From an uncultured Actinomycetota bacterium (GTDB taxonomy: Bacteria; Actinomycetota; Actinomycetes; JAFAQI01), in assembly GCA_963770565.1 (NCBI GenBank), contig CAVYQE010000011.1, positions 736,001 to 800,000 of the forward strand: a stretch of 64,000 nucleotides of DNA, read 5' to 3'. Of the stretch, positions 1 through 10,565 are shown one piece after another. Each line of letters begins with the position of its first letter. Within the stretch, counting starts at the first letter, position 1. The position numbers and the translations under genes were made by a program. A model generated the notes under the pieces. That model was not told the DNA's origin, ran no database searches, and saw only the letters and a list, made by a program, of their open reading frames with translations.

Positions 1-1918
1 GCTCGAGCTCGCGCTTCCGGGCGCGACGAACCAGAGCGTCTGGCGCGACAGTGCCGGGCGCACCACGGTCTCTGCGCAGACCTACGCCTGGTTCTCCGGA
101 GGGACGGTGGTCGCGAAGGGCGTGCAGGTCCTGTCGAGCTCGGTCGCGGCCCAAGTCACGGCGATTGATGCAAGCGGCGTGACGTTCTCAGGGACGCCGG
201 CTGCACTGGCGGGGCTGAAGATCGGCGACACTCTCGTCGCAGCGCCGACCACGCAGACCCCGCGCGGGCTCTTGCGCACGGTCACCGGCATCGCCTCCTC
301 CGGCGGCAACCTCGTGGTCTCGACCACGCCCGCGACCGTGCACGATGCGATCGCGCAGGGCACCCTCGCGGTCGGTGCTTCGGCCATTGCGCCGAAGGCC
401 CCGAAGCTCGGCAAGCACACGACTTCTGCGCTGCCGGCCCGCGGTCACGTCGTGCATCCGAGCATCTCCACGGTGTGTTCGGTCTCCGGTGCGCCGACCG
501 CGATCGGCGCCACGATCACCTGCCACAAGGACTACAACCCGCCGGGTGCGTCGATCCACATCGAGGGGTCGGCCGGCGTGTCGATCAGCATCGATGCGTC
601 GATCTCGCTGTTCTCGGGTGTTCACGTGGCCAGCCAGACCGAGGTGTCGACGTCGGCCTCTGCATCGGTCGACGCGACCGGGCAGGGCAGCGTGTCGCAC
701 ACCTTCGACCTCGGTCACCTGTCGCTGGGCGAGGTGGTCGTCGACATCGCCGGCGTACCGATCGTGCTGTTCCCGTACTTCGCGCCACAGATCGCGGTCA
801 ACGCTACCTACGACGCCGGGCTGACCGGCAGCGCCGAGATCGGTGCGTCGTTCGGTGTGAGCTACGACAGTGACAGCGGGTTCAGCTGGAACCATCAAGC
901 CGGTGGATCGGGCAGTGGCACCTACAACGGTCAGGCGCAGGTCGCGGTGCGCGGCACGTTCATCGGGGCACTGGTGGTGTTCATCGACAGCGACCCGTGG
1001 GCGGTGCCGAGCGACGACACGACCGAGGAGGACTGCGACCCCGAGACCCCGAAAGGTTGTGAGGCCGAGGCGGCGATCTCCGTGGACATCTCGCCGTACG
1101 GCGAGGTCGACGCCGACCAGTGCTCGATCCGTGCCTCCGCCGGACTCGCGATCAATATTGCGGCGAAGCTGAGTGCTATCGATGTGACGATCCTCGACCT
1201 GTCGCACTCGTTCAAGGTCGCGAGCACCCAGCTCTTCGAGCACGACCTGACCAACTGCGCGATCTGGAGCGGTCAGATTCTTTTCAAGGCACAGGAGCAT
1301 CAGTCGAATCCGGAGCTAGGCACTGTGGGGACCTTCGATCTGGCGTCGAGGTCGGAAGCGACCCTGGCCACGCCGAGATTCCCCCCGATCGACGACATCT
1401 ACGACGCCGCCCTGAGCGGTTCGGGTGCATGGGTCGCGAAGACCCCGCTCGAGACCGGCTGCGGTGGCCACGAGCACGTCACGATCGATACGCGCAAAGA
1501 CAACTGGGGCGGCGACATCACAAAGAGTGGGGCGCCGATCAGCTTCTCGATCGAGCCCGAGGGGCCCGGGCAGTATGCGCTCCTCCAGTACGTTGGTGGT
1601 GTTCTCGATGACGCGCCTGCCGCGACGGCGCCGGGAACCAACGTGGACGAGGTGTCGGACGGTCCATCAAACGAGCCTTGCACGCTAGAAACGACGACCA
1701 AGGCAGAGCCGCACGACGACGGCTCCGCCGCCGTCTTCGGACTGATCGCGCCGCCGGCTTTGGAGTTCGGCGCGGAGATGCTGTTCCATCTGGCGGTCGG
1801 GAAGACGCACGTGAGCAAGGTGGTGGAAACCAGTCCGGGCGACAACGCAGCCATCCCGACGTACACCGTGACACTGGACCTGACCAAGAAGTGCAGCAAG
1901 GGCGGCACGCATTGCTAG
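1..1918 (+). CDS. Secreted/surface beta-rich hypothetical protein, 5'-truncated by the window edge
   Basis: The frame of ORF 107..1918 is open back to base 2. Ser/Thr/Gly/Val-rich with several Cys; GC3-biased codons. Confidence 0.75.
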   Translation, partial: LELALPGATNQSVWRDSAGRTTVSAQTYAWFSGGTVVAKGVQVLSSSVAAQVTAIDASGVTFSGTPAALAGLKIGDTLVAAPTTQTPRGLLRTVTGIASSGGNLVVSTTPATVHDAIAQGTLAVGASAIAPKAPKLGKHTTSALPARGHVVHPSISTVCSVSGAPTAIGATITCHKDYNPPGASIHIEGSAGVSISIDASISLFSGVHVASQTEVSTSASASVDATGQGSVSHTFDLGHLSLGEVVVDIAGVPIVLFPYFAPQIAVNATYDAGLTGSAEIGASFGVSYDSDSGFSWNHQAGGSGSGTYNGQAQVAVRGTFIGALVVFIDSDPWAVPSDDTTEEDCDPETPKGCEAEAAISVDISPYGEVDADQCSIRASAGLAINIAAKLSAIDVTILDLSHSFKVASTQLFEHDLTNCAIWSGQILFKAQEHQSNPELGTVGTFDLASRSEATLATPRFPPIDDIYDAALSGSGAWVAKTPLETGCGGHEHVTIDTRKDNWGGDITKSGAPISFSIEPEGPGQYALLQYVGGVLDDAPAATAPGTNVDEVSDGPSNEPCTLETTTKAEPHDDGSAAVFGLIAPPALEFGAEMLFHLAVGKTHVSKVVETSPGDNAAIPTYTVTLDLTKKCSKGGTHC

Positions 1919-1940
1919 AGCGCCTCGGACGCCGGTCGTC

Positions 1941-3281
1941 CTAGGAGCTGGATGCGGCGATCTCCTCATCGGTGAGGAAGTCTTCGGCGGCGGACGGTCG
2001 GCCGAGGTAGTAGCCCTGGGCGTAGCGAACGCCGAGGCTTCGGAGCAGGAAGAGCTCGGCGCCGTCTTCCACGCCCTCGGCGACGATCTGGGCGCCGGTG
2101 CCATCCGCGAAGGCGACGAGGGCGGTGGCGACCGCACGACGTACCGGGTCGATGTCGATCGAGCAAATCAAATCGCGGTCGAGCTTGATGAAGTCGGGAG
2201 CGAGCTTCAGGATGTGGGTGAGGCTCGAGTATCCGGCACCGGTGTCGTCCACGGACAGGCGTGCGCCGTCACGGCGCAGAGACTGCAGTGTCGTCACGAG
2301 CTTCGGGTAGTCGTCGACGACTGTGTATTCGGTGAGCTCGATGATCACCCGCTTCGCATGGCTGTCGATCGCCTCTTTGAAGCGCTCCGACATGACGGTC
2401 TGCGGTCCGACGTTGAGCGTCAGGTCGACCCCGCTCGGCAGGCTCGGGAGCTGGGACAGCGCTCGCGTGATCGCGAGGAGCTCCAGCTCGACGCCGAGGC
2501 CGTGGCTGTGGGCCTCCTCGAACCAGACGTTCGGCGGCCGGTACGGCGTCTCGTCGAATCGGGTCAGTGCCTCGACCGCGGTCATCTGGTTCTCGACGAG
2601 GTCGAAGATCGGCTGGTAGACGATGCTCAACGCCGATCGCTCGTTGAGCACCCGGCGGATCCGCCGGCCGGAGTCGATGTTGTCGACCGCGTCCGGGCTC
2701 AGCACGCTCATCACGTAGCGGGTCGCGGTGTCGGGCGCCGGCCCGGAGGACGATTCGTCCTGGCGGTCCACGGCGGTGTCGTTCAGCTGCACCAGGCCGC
2801 TCTTGATCCGTGACAGGTCGCGTGCAGTGCCCACCACCACGCTGATGAAGTCGGCGACCTGCATCAGGGTCGCGACCTCGGTGTCGGAGAAGGCGAACGG
2901 CCGTTGCGAGTCGATGGCGAGTACGCCGATGGCCTCGGTGCCACGCATGAGCGGGAGGCACATCAGCGAGGCGATCGAGAGCCTGCGGCAGGCGTCGCGG
3001 TCCACCCGGTCGTCGGCCTCGGTGTCATCCGCGCGCTGCAGTCGCCCGGTCCGCACGGCGAGGCCGCTCAGGCTGTTGTCGAACTCGACCCGGGTCCCGG
3101 GGTCGGACTCGTGCTGGCCGGCCGCGCAGACATAGGTGACGCCGCGGTCGTCGCAGAGCCCGACCATCACCCCGTCGGCTGCCATGATCAGCTCGAGTGT
3201 GCGCTCGGCGACGCGGTGCACCAACCGCGACGGATCGATGATCTGGCCCATCGCCTCAGCGAGGTCAGCGGAGATCGTCAT
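1941..3281 (-). CDS. GAF + EAL domain c-di-GMP phosphodiesterase
   Basis: N-terminal GAF (SLMCLPLMRGTEAIGVL...F). EAL motifs VEALTRF, IELTE, DDTGAGYSSL, IKLD, AEGVE and QGYY are intact; no GGDEF. Confidence 0.92.
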   Translation of the reverse strand: MTISADLAEAMGQIIDPSRLVHRVAERTLELIMAADGVMVGLCDDRGVTYVCAAGQHESDPGTRVEFDNSLSGLAVRTGRLQRADDTEADDRVDRDACRRLSIASLMCLPLMRGTEAIGVLAIDSQRPFAFSDTEVATLMQVADFISVVVGTARDLSRIKSGLVQLNDTAVDRQDESSSGPAPDTATRYVMSVLSPDAVDNIDSGRRIRRVLNERSALSIVYQPIFDLVENQMTAVEALTRFDETPYRPPNVWFEEAHSHGLGVELELLAITRALSQLPSLPSGVDLTLNVGPQTVMSERFKEAIDSHAKRVIIELTEYTVVDDYPKLVTTLQSLRRDGARLSVDDTGAGYSSLTHILKLAPDFIKLDRDLICSIDIDPVRRAVATALVAFADGTGAQIVAEGVEDGAELFLLRSLGVRYAQGYYLGRPSAAEDFLTDEEIAASSS

Positions 3282-3507
3282 ACGCGCCTCTCCACGTCAG
3301 GGCGAGCCGCCGGAGCCACTCCGCCGGGCACAGCATCTTGCGTAGATCGACAGCCGCGAGAGGTGTCTTGATAGCGCGGGTCTCGCCCGCGACGGTTTAG
3401 ACCGTTCTGTTCCGCGTCGGGTGGCATCCTGAGCGGTTCCGCTATTCGGGTGAGGGCCGTACGGCGGCCTTACGCTGGACGCACCGCGCCGAACCGGAGG
3501 GCCACGT

Positions 3508-4755
3508 ATGTCTCGGCTGCCAGTCGTTGTCTTTGCCTTCGTACTGGCCGGTGTCGCGGCCTGCGGGTCCTCGAGCCCGGCGGGCTCGAGCTCCCAGGCC
3601 CTGCGTGCGTCGGACTGGAGTCACTCGGGAGCCCTCGCCCCCCAGTCGACGCCGGCGAAGGTGGTCTCGCCGCACAACGTGCGCATTCAGTGGCACACCG
3701 TGGTCAATGGCCTGTCGTCGCCGATCAGCGTGACGAACGCCGGCGACGGCTCGGGCCGACTGTTCGTCGACGAACAAGGCGGCGTGATCCGGATCGTGCG
3801 TTCCGGTCACCTGCTGACCAAGCCCTACCTCGACATCAGCAGCGAGGTCACGTCCGGCGGGGAGCAGGGGATGCTGAGCATCGCCTTCCACCCGGATTTC
3901 TCGAAGCATCCGATCCTGTACGTCGCCTACACCCGCAGCGACGGGGACCTGGTCGTGTCGTCGTTCAAGGCGTCCTCGGCGAGCGCGAACCAGGTCTCGC
4001 CGTCGGCTGAGCGGCACATTCTTCTCGTCCCGCATCACGAAGCGACGAACCACAACGGCGGGCAGATCTTCTTCGGCGATGACGGTTACCTCTACGTCAC
4101 GACCGGCGACGGCGGGGGCGAGGGCGATCAGTTCAAGCGGGCGGACACCCGCAACAACCTGACCGGCAAGATCCTCCGGATCAACGTCGAAAAGTTGTGC
4201 GGGAAGCTGCACTACTGCATCCCGTCGACCAACCCCTACGCGCATTCGACGAAGTACCGCCGCGAGATCATCGCCTGGGGTCTGCGCAACCCGTGGCGGG
4301 TCTCGATCGACCGGCCGACCAACACACTGTGGATCGGTGACGTCGGGCAGGACACCTACGAGGAGATCGACCACGTCAACGTCCCGGCCGCGCATGACTT
4401 CGGCTGGTCGTGCAAGGAAGCGCGCTCGACGTACAACGCGGCGCAGTGTGGGCATCGCCACATCACTGGGCCGGTGTGGGTCATCCCGCACAACCCGGGC
4501 GGCGTCTGCGCGATCATCGGCGGATTCGTCTACCGCGGCAAGCGGTACGCCGGAATCGCCGGCGGGCTCTACGTCTACAGCGACAACTGCTCGGGCCGGG
4601 TGTGGGGATTGCGCAAGATCGGCGGTAAGTGGCGCAACGCCCAGATCGGTTCGGTGTCGGGAAGCCCGAGCGGGTTCGGCCTGTCCCAGTCAGGCGACCT
4701 GTACGTCGTCACCCTCGACGGCGTTCTGCATCGGGCCAACTTCAGCCACGCTTGA
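3508..4755 (+). CDS. PQQ-dependent sugar (glucose/sorbosone) dehydrogenase family lipoprotein
   Basis: Lipobox-like VAAC; GEQGMLSIAFHPDF, NHNGGQIFFG.DGYLY, GKILRI, AWGLRNPWR and DVGQ motifs; RBS GGAGG. Confidence 0.9.
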   Translation: MSRLPVVVFAFVLAGVAACGSSSPAGSSSQALRASDWSHSGALAPQSTPAKVVSPHNVRIQWHTVVNGLSSPISVTNAGDGSGRLFVDEQGGVIRIVRSGHLLTKPYLDISSEVTSGGEQGMLSIAFHPDFSKHPILYVAYTRSDGDLVVSSFKASSASANQVSPSAERHILLVPHHEATNHNGGQIFFGDDGYLYVTTGDGGGEGDQFKRADTRNNLTGKILRINVEKLCGKLHYCIPSTNPYAHSTKYRREIIAWGLRNPWRVSIDRPTNTLWIGDVGQDTYEEIDHVNVPAAHDFGWSCKEARSTYNAAQCGHRHITGPVWVIPHNPGGVCAIIGGFVYRGKRYAGIAGGLYVYSDNCSGRVWGLRKIGGKWRNAQIGSVSGSPSGFGLSQSGDLYVVTLDGVLHRANFSHA

Positions 4756-4791
4756 GGTTGGTCACGGAGCCTGCGTGCTGGGGCGAAATCA

Positions 4792-5427
4792 TCAGGCCAC
4801 GTTCATCAGGTGCCCCATGAACACACAGTCTGCGTCGGAAGTGTTCACGATGGCGGTCACTGCGTCCCCGCCGTCTAGGGCAAAGCCCCCCGATCCGAGG
4901 TACGCGGTCGGGTCGTCAGTCTGCGGGAAATCGGCCGAAGCGGAGTCTGCGTCCAACAGCACGGCCGTGTCGCCGTTGCTGTTCGTTTCGCCGTCGAGAT
5001 AGAGCGGGCCGGCGGTCACCGTCGCGGTCAGCTCTGCCTCTGTGCTTGTGACATCGGCGCTGCAGGTCTCGCGGAGCGTGAGCGGCCCGTACGATCCGAC
5101 CACCTTCGCAGGCGCGCCCCGGTTCATCGCCACCGTGAAGTGGAAGAACCGCCCGGTACGGACATAGCCGGCGGCCGGGACGCCGCCGAGGCTGGCGGCA
5201 TTGTGGGCGCTCGGGACCTTGCCGAGCGTCGACTCCTTGATCTGCTTGCCGGTCAGGGTGTTGGGCTTCAGCCGATTCCCTGCGATCGAGTGCTTCGTGA
5301 TACTCGCGCCACTGATGTGTGCCGCGTGAGTCCGCGGCACCGCCACGGTGGCACCAGCGACCCCGAGAACCAGCAGTGTGATGGTTAGACCGAGCGTGGT
5401 GGAGCGGCGCGAAAGAAATGTCGACAT
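4792..5427 (-). CDS. Secreted hypothetical protein
   Basis: Signal-peptide-like N-terminus; 'LTGKQIKESTLGKVPSA..A..LGG' segment typical of actinobacterial exported proteins; start chosen at the ATG at 5427. Confidence 0.7.
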   Translation of the reverse strand: MSTFLSRRSTTLGLTITLLVLGVAGATVAVPRTHAAHISGASITKHSIAGNRLKPNTLTGKQIKESTLGKVPSAHNAASLGGVPAAGYVRTGRFFHFTVAMNRGAPAKVVGSYGPLTLRETCSADVTSTEAELTATVTAGPLYLDGETNSNGDTAVLLDADSASADFPQTDDPTAYLGSGGFALDGGDAVTAIVNTSDADCVFMGHLMNVA

Positions 5428-5523
5428 GAGCGATCCCCAGACCAAGCGGCGCCAGGACGGCGCCACCCTATTGCGGCAGATCTGGGCGTGTGAAGGCCTG
5501 GCGGGGCGCTCGGTGATCGTGGG

Positions 5524-6561
5524 CTACGAGAGGCCGGAGACTTCCGTGGCTGGCGATCGCGTGAGCGAGCGAAGAGAGAGCGAGTAGGACCTCAGCAACC
5601 CGGTGCGGGTGTAGGGCAGTGACCGGGCGGCGCAGAACTCCCGCACGATCGGCTGGCATCGGGCCAGGTTGCGGCTGGGCATGCTCGGAAACAGGTGGTG
5701 CTCGATCTGGTAGTTCAGGCCGCCGAACATCATCGCAATGACCCGCCCCCCGGCGATGTTGCGTGATGTCAGAACCTGTCGCTGCACGAAGCTCAGTCGG
5801 GTATCGGCGTCGACGATGGGCATGCCCTTGTGGTTAGGCGCGAAGCTCACGCCGATGTAGACGCCGAAGACGGATTGCTGGATCGCGACGAACTCCAGCG
5901 CACGCAGGGGCGAGAGAACCAGGAGGAGAACGGTCAGTCCGACCGCGACGTGCGCGAGAAGCAACATACTTTCAACCATGCGGCGGTGGTCCTTGCGGCA
6001 GAGCGCCAACACACTCGCCAAGTGCAGGTTCCACCCCTCGAGGAGCAACAGGGGGAAGAACAGCCCGGCCTGGTGCTTCGCGATCAGCCGCAACACCCCC
6101 CGCTGGCGGCCGGCCTGCTCATCGGTCCATGCCAGAACGCCACGCTCGATGTCGGGGTCGCTGCCGACCTGATTGGGATGGCGGTGGTGACGATTGTGCT
6201 TGTCGACCCACCAGCGGTAGCTGAGACCGACGCCGAGCGCGGCGAGCGCCGTACCGATGGCGTCGTTGCGCCGTCGGGAGCGCGTGATCTGCTGGTGGCC
6301 GGCGTCGTGACCGAGGAACGCCAGCTGCGCCAGCACCAAACCGGAGTACGCCGCCACCGCGAGCTGCCATCGGGAATGACCTAGCCAGAGCAGCGCGGAT
6401 CCGCCCGCTGCAGCAAGCACCGCGATCAGCGCCACCCGCGGCAGGTACCTCACGACCGACCGGTTCAGCAGGCCGGCTGCGCGCACATCGGCGAGCAACG
6501 AGCCGTAGTCGGAATCCGGTCGAGAAGATCTCGGGAGCAGGGCAGATTGCGTCGTGGTCAT
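5524..6561 (-). CDS. Membrane fatty acid (acyl-CoA) desaturase
   Basis: Three His boxes HDAGH, HNRHH and QIEHH; GGLNYQIEHHLFPSMP. Confidence 0.92.
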   Translation of the reverse strand: MTTTQSALLPRSSRPDSDYGSLLADVRAAGLLNRSVVRYLPRVALIAVLAAAGGSALLWLGHSRWQLAVAAYSGLVLAQLAFLGHDAGHQQITRSRRRNDAIGTALAALGVGLSYRWWVDKHNRHHRHPNQVGSDPDIERGVLAWTDEQAGRQRGVLRLIAKHQAGLFFPLLLLEGWNLHLASVLALCRKDHRRMVESMLLLAHVAVGLTVLLLVLSPLRALEFVAIQQSVFGVYIGVSFAPNHKGMPIVDADTRLSFVQRQVLTSRNIAGGRVIAMMFGGLNYQIEHHLFPSMPSRNLARCQPIVREFCAARSLPYTRTGLLRSYSLSLRSLTRSPATEVSGLS

Positions 6562-6901
6562 GGCGAGTCCGTTAACGGCGAATGGCGGGCCGAGGAATGC
6601 GGGATTGGGACAGGCCAAGGCTCGAGGGCACTTCCACCGTACGCCGGCATCCGCCCGTGAGCGCAAACGCGACAAATCGCCGGTCCGCGAGCGCTGCACC
6701 CACGCTCGACGGTCTTGGATGACGGTCATTTGATGGGCGCGGGACCGTTTGCCACCCGTGCGACAATGGAGGTCTAAGCGCGCCTGGCTGTGCCGTCTTA
6801 TCTGTGCCCTCGCCGCTCCGTGGTTTGCAATTGAGGGTGGATATGTACACCGATCATCAGGTCATCTCTTCGAATTGTTTGTCGCGCCGCGTCAGGGCGT
6901 C

Positions 6902-8029
6902 ATGACGAGCGCGGCGGTTGGGCTGCTCAGCACCTACCCGCCCACCCAATGTGGTCTCGCGACCTTCAGCGCGGCGCTTCGGCACCATCTCCATCAGACC
7001 CCGCGGGACGTCGGGATCGTGCGGGTGGTCGACGATCAGTCGACCTACCCCGGCGGCGAGGTCGTCGCGCACCTGGTCAACGGCTCCAGGGCGAGTGCCG
7101 CCGGCGCGGTGGCACAGCTCAACCAGTTCGATGTCGTCGTGGTCCAACATGAGTACGGGATCTACGGCGGCGCAGACGGTGTCGACGTACTCGAGATCGT
7201 CGAAGCGCTGACCGTACCGACCGTGGTTGTCTTCCATACCGTGCTCGAGGAGCCCACGCCGCACCAACGTCACATCTTGACCCGTCTGCTTGATCTGGCC
7301 CATGTCGCCGTGACGATGACCAAGACCGCGCGGCAGCGGATTCTCCGCGACTACGGCGCGGATCCCGCGAGTGTCGTCGTGATTCCGCACGGTGCGGTCG
7401 ACCACCGGATGCTGGTGACGGGGGACCGGGCCGACGCGCGTCCGCTGATCATCACCTGGGGCCTGCTCGGCCCGGGCAAGGGGATCGAGTGGGCGATCGA
7501 CGCCATGCCTGGCCTGCGCGACCTGTCGCCGCGTTACCTGATCGTCGGCCGGACCCACCCGAAGGTGGCCGAACAGTCCGGTGAGAGCTATCGAGACGGG
7601 CTGCGACGGCGGGTCGAGGAGCTCGGGGTCGGCGACCTCGTCGAGTTCCAGGACGCCTACCTCGGCGTAGAGGATCTCGCGCACCTCGTTGCCTCGGCGG
7701 ACGTCGTCCTGTTGCCGTATGACTCGCGAGAGCAGGTCACCTCCGGCGTACTCATCGAGGCGGTCGCCGCCGGCCGGCCGGTCGTGTCGACCGCGTTTCC
7801 CCACGCGGTCGAGCTGCTGATCGGCGGGGCGGGCCTGGTGGTGCCGCGGCAAAACCCGCAGGCGCTCCAGGAGGCACTGCGGCGGGTGCTGAGCGAGCCT
7901 GGACTGGCTGAATCGATGGCGGCGCAGGCGGCGCGCACCGCACCGGCGTTGGTGTGGAGCACAGTTGCTGATCAGTACGGACGAATGGCGGACGACCTGG
8001 TAGCGGCAGCGTTAGCTGCCGCGTCGTGA
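6902..8029 (+). CDS. Glycosyltransferase family 4
   Basis: STYPPTQCGLATF, QHEYGIYGG, GLLGPGKGIE and EQVTSGVL.EA motifs. Confidence 0.9.
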   Translation: MTSAAVGLLSTYPPTQCGLATFSAALRHHLHQTPRDVGIVRVVDDQSTYPGGEVVAHLVNGSRASAAGAVAQLNQFDVVVVQHEYGIYGGADGVDVLEIVEALTVPTVVVFHTVLEEPTPHQRHILTRLLDLAHVAVTMTKTARQRILRDYGADPASVVVIPHGAVDHRMLVTGDRADARPLIITWGLLGPGKGIEWAIDAMPGLRDLSPRYLIVGRTHPKVAEQSGESYRDGLRRRVEELGVGDLVEFQDAYLGVEDLAHLVASADVVLLPYDSREQVTSGVLIEAVAAGRPVVSTAFPHAVELLIGGAGLVVPRQNPQALQEALRRVLSEPGLAESMAAQAARTAPALVWSTVADQYGRMADDLVAAALAAAS

Positions 8030-9039
8030 TCGACTCGCTGCCGACGTTTGCACATTTGCGCCGGCTCACCGGGGTCGGCGGACTGTACGAGCACGCGCTC
8101 GGTACGCAGGTCCGGCGAGAGCACGGATACTGTCTCGACGACGCTGCGCGCGGGCTCGTTGTGGTCTGCCGCGAGGGCGAGCGGTTCGATTCCCACGACG
8201 ATCTCCGCGAGCTGTACCTGAGGTTCGTGCTGAGTGCCCAGGCGCCGGATGGGCGGTTCCGCAACCGCCGTACCGAGGACTTGCGCTGGACCGACGACGC
8301 CACGACCGAGGACTGCTGGGGACGAGCTCTGTGGGGCCTTGGTACGGCGATCTCTCACGGCTTGCCGTCGCCTGCCTCCGCGGCAGCTCTCTCCGCTTTT
8401 GAGCGCGGGGCGCGCTGGCGTTCCCCGTGGCCGCGAGCGATGGCGTTCGCTGCGCTCGGCGCGGCTGACGTCCTGATCGCAGTGCCGGGGCACGAAGGCG
8501 CGCGCTCGCTCCTCCGCGCGGCGGCGCGATCGATCGGCGCTGTTCCTGAGCAGACCAGCTGGCCGTGGCCCGAGCCGCGGCTGACCTATGCGAATGCTGC
8601 GCTGCCCGATGCCCTTCTCGCGGCCGGTAGCGCGCTCGGCGACGCATCGCTCGTCGAGGACGGCATCGTCGGGCTGGGCTGGCTTCTTGACCTGCAGACC
8701 AGGGACGGACACCTGTCAGTAGTTCCGGCCGGCGGTCGTGGGCAGGATGACGTCGGCCCCGGCTTTGACCAGCAGCCGATCGAGGTCGCGGTGTTGGCCG
8801 ACGCGTGCGCGCGGGCATATGCGTTGACCGGTCAGCGCCGCTGGGCGTGCGGTGTCGAGCTCGCCGCTGCATGGTTCCTCGGCGCCAACGACGTTGGTAT
8901 GCCGCTCATCGATGCCGACAGCGGCGGCGGATGCGACGGCTTGGAGCGCGAAGGGCGCAACGAGAACCAAGGTGCCGAGTCGACCTTGGCGCTGATCTCG
9001 ACGTTGCAGCATTCACGGTCGTTCGCGCGCTGCGCATGA
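8026..9039 (+). CDS. Six-hairpin glycosidase-like protein (GT4-associated)
   Basis: HGYCLDDAAR, EDCWGRALWGLG, FDQQPIE and NENQGAESTLA motifs; 4-nt overlap with the GT4 gene. Confidence 0.8.
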   Translation: MIDSLPTFAHLRRLTGVGGLYEHALGTQVRREHGYCLDDAARGLVVVCREGERFDSHDDLRELYLRFVLSAQAPDGRFRNRRTEDLRWTDDATTEDCWGRALWGLGTAISHGLPSPASAAALSAFERGARWRSPWPRAMAFAALGAADVLIAVPGHEGARSLLRAAARSIGAVPEQTSWPWPEPRLTYANAALPDALLAAGSALGDASLVEDGIVGLGWLLDLQTRDGHLSVVPAGGRGQDDVGPGFDQQPIEVAVLADACARAYALTGQRRWACGVELAAAWFLGANDVGMPLIDADSGGGCDGLEREGRNENQGAESTLALISTLQHSRSFARCA

Positions 9040-10565
9040 CGGTCGATCGAAGTGACGGTGCGACCAGACTGGTGACCCGCAGCGACATCAGGATCGAGGC
9101 AGACCCGAGCCGCGTTCTCGCCCGGCTGTTCGTTCCCGGCCATGAGCTAGTGGGGGACGAGCAGTCGCGCGCGACCGGCGTCCTGGCGCGCATCCTCGCG
9201 CTCCCCGAGGACGTAATCGCCGCGACCCTCGATCGGGTCCTGGCCCGCTATGCGGGGCGGCACCGCGACCTGCCCAGCACGCTGCTCGAAAACTACGAAC
9301 GGATCGCCCACCGCGTGCCCGATGGCGCTTCGGTCAGTTCAGCGCGACGTAGCGCGATCGGCGCGTGCTTCACCCATGAGTTCGCGATCGAGGGCGCGGC
9401 CCTGTTCAACCCGTCGGCGGTGCCGCATCCGGATCAGTCCGGCCTGGCGCCGGGACAGCTTCGGTTCGTGCTGAGCGTGCGCGCGGTCGGCGAGGGACAC
9501 CTGTCCTGCGTCGAGTTCCGCACCGGTGTGGTCGGTCCGGGGCGAGCCATCCAGATCGAGGATCCGGGTCTGTACGTCGATGCCGGCCAGATCCGCCCGA
9601 CGTCGTACGACCGGTCGTTGTTCGCTGCTCGGCTTGCCGAAGAAGGCGCTGACGGCGAGAGCGCCCGCTTCCTCATCAGCGAGCTGGCACCGCGGTTCGA
9701 CGAGGAGGACCTGGAGCTGGCCCTCACCGCCTTGCGTGGGCAGCGGGTGACCCGTCACGACGCGGTGTGGACGGATCAGCTCGCGCGCCTTCTTCAGCGT
9801 TGCAGCTATGAGGTCGTCTTCTCGCCGGACTCCCCGATCGGCGAGCGGGTGCTCTGGCCTCGGGCACCATCCGAGTCCCGCGGGGTCGAAGACGCCCGGT
9901 TCGTTCGGTTCGTCGAGGATGACGGCGCAGCGCACTATCGCGCGACCTACACGGCGTTTGACGGCGAGCGGGTCGCGCCACAGGTCATCGACACCGACGA
10001 CTTCCGCCACTTTCGGCTCTCGCCGCTCGCCGGGTCGGCGGCGAAGGACAAGGGGATGGCGTTGTTCCCGCGCAAGCTGGGCGGCAAGTACGTCGCGCTC
10101 TCGCGCTGGGATCGCGAGACTTCCGCGCTCGCGACGTCGGACGACGGGATGCGGTGGGACGACCCGGTCGCGTTGGACTCATCTGAGCAGCCGTGGGAGC
10201 TGATCCAGGTCGGGAACTGCGGGTCTCCCGTCGAGACCGAGGCCGGCTGGCTGGTCCTGACCCACGGCGTCGGCCCGATGCGTGAGTACGGCCTCGGGGC
10301 GCTCCTGCTCGACCTCGAGGACCCCCGGCAGGTGATCGGCAAGCTCGCCGAGCCATTGCTGGTGCCGGAAGGCGACGAACGCGACGGGTATGTGCCGAAC
10401 GTCGTCTACTCATGCGGCTCACTCCGGCACGGCGACGACTTGTTCATTCCCTATGGAGCGAGCGACACCTCGGTGCGGTTCGCATTCGTCGGCCTGCCGG
10501 GTCTGCTCGAGCGCTTGGGCGCGCGAGCATCTTCAGCGACTACCCGTGCAAAGAGCTCGGCGTAG
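9036..10565 (+). CDS. GH130 family glycosidase/mannoside phosphorylase
   Basis: ALFNPS, EDARFVRF, KDKGMALFPRK, QVGNCGSP and GYVPNVVYSCG motifs; ATGA overlap with the upstream gene. Confidence 0.88.
   Translation: MTVDRSDGATRLVTRSDIRIEADPSRVLARLFVPGHELVGDEQSRATGVLARILALPEDVIAATLDRVLARYAGRHRDLPSTLLENYERIAHRVPDGASVSSARRSAIGACFTHEFAIEGAALFNPSAVPHPDQSGLAPGQLRFVLSVRAVGEGHLSCVEFRTGVVGPGRAIQIEDPGLYVDAGQIRPTSYDRSLFAARLAEEGADGESARFLISELAPRFDEEDLELALTALRGQRVTRHDAVWTDQLARLLQRCSYEVVFSPDSPIGERVLWPRAPSESRGVEDARFVRFVEDDGAAHYRATYTAFDGERVAPQVIDTDDFRHFRLSPLAGSAAKDKGMALFPRKLGGKYVALSRWDRETSALATSDDGMRWDDPVALDSSEQPWELIQVGNCGSPVETEAGWLVLTHGVGPMREYGLGALLLDLEDPRQVIGKLAEPLLVPEGDERDGYVPNVVYSCGSLRHGDDLFIPYGASDTSVRFAFVGLPGLLERLGARASSATTRAKSSA

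Noticed and set aside
5524-6561. Desaturase as part of the oxylipin locus
   Set aside because: It lies about 21 kb away in a different gene context, with no evidence of linkage.
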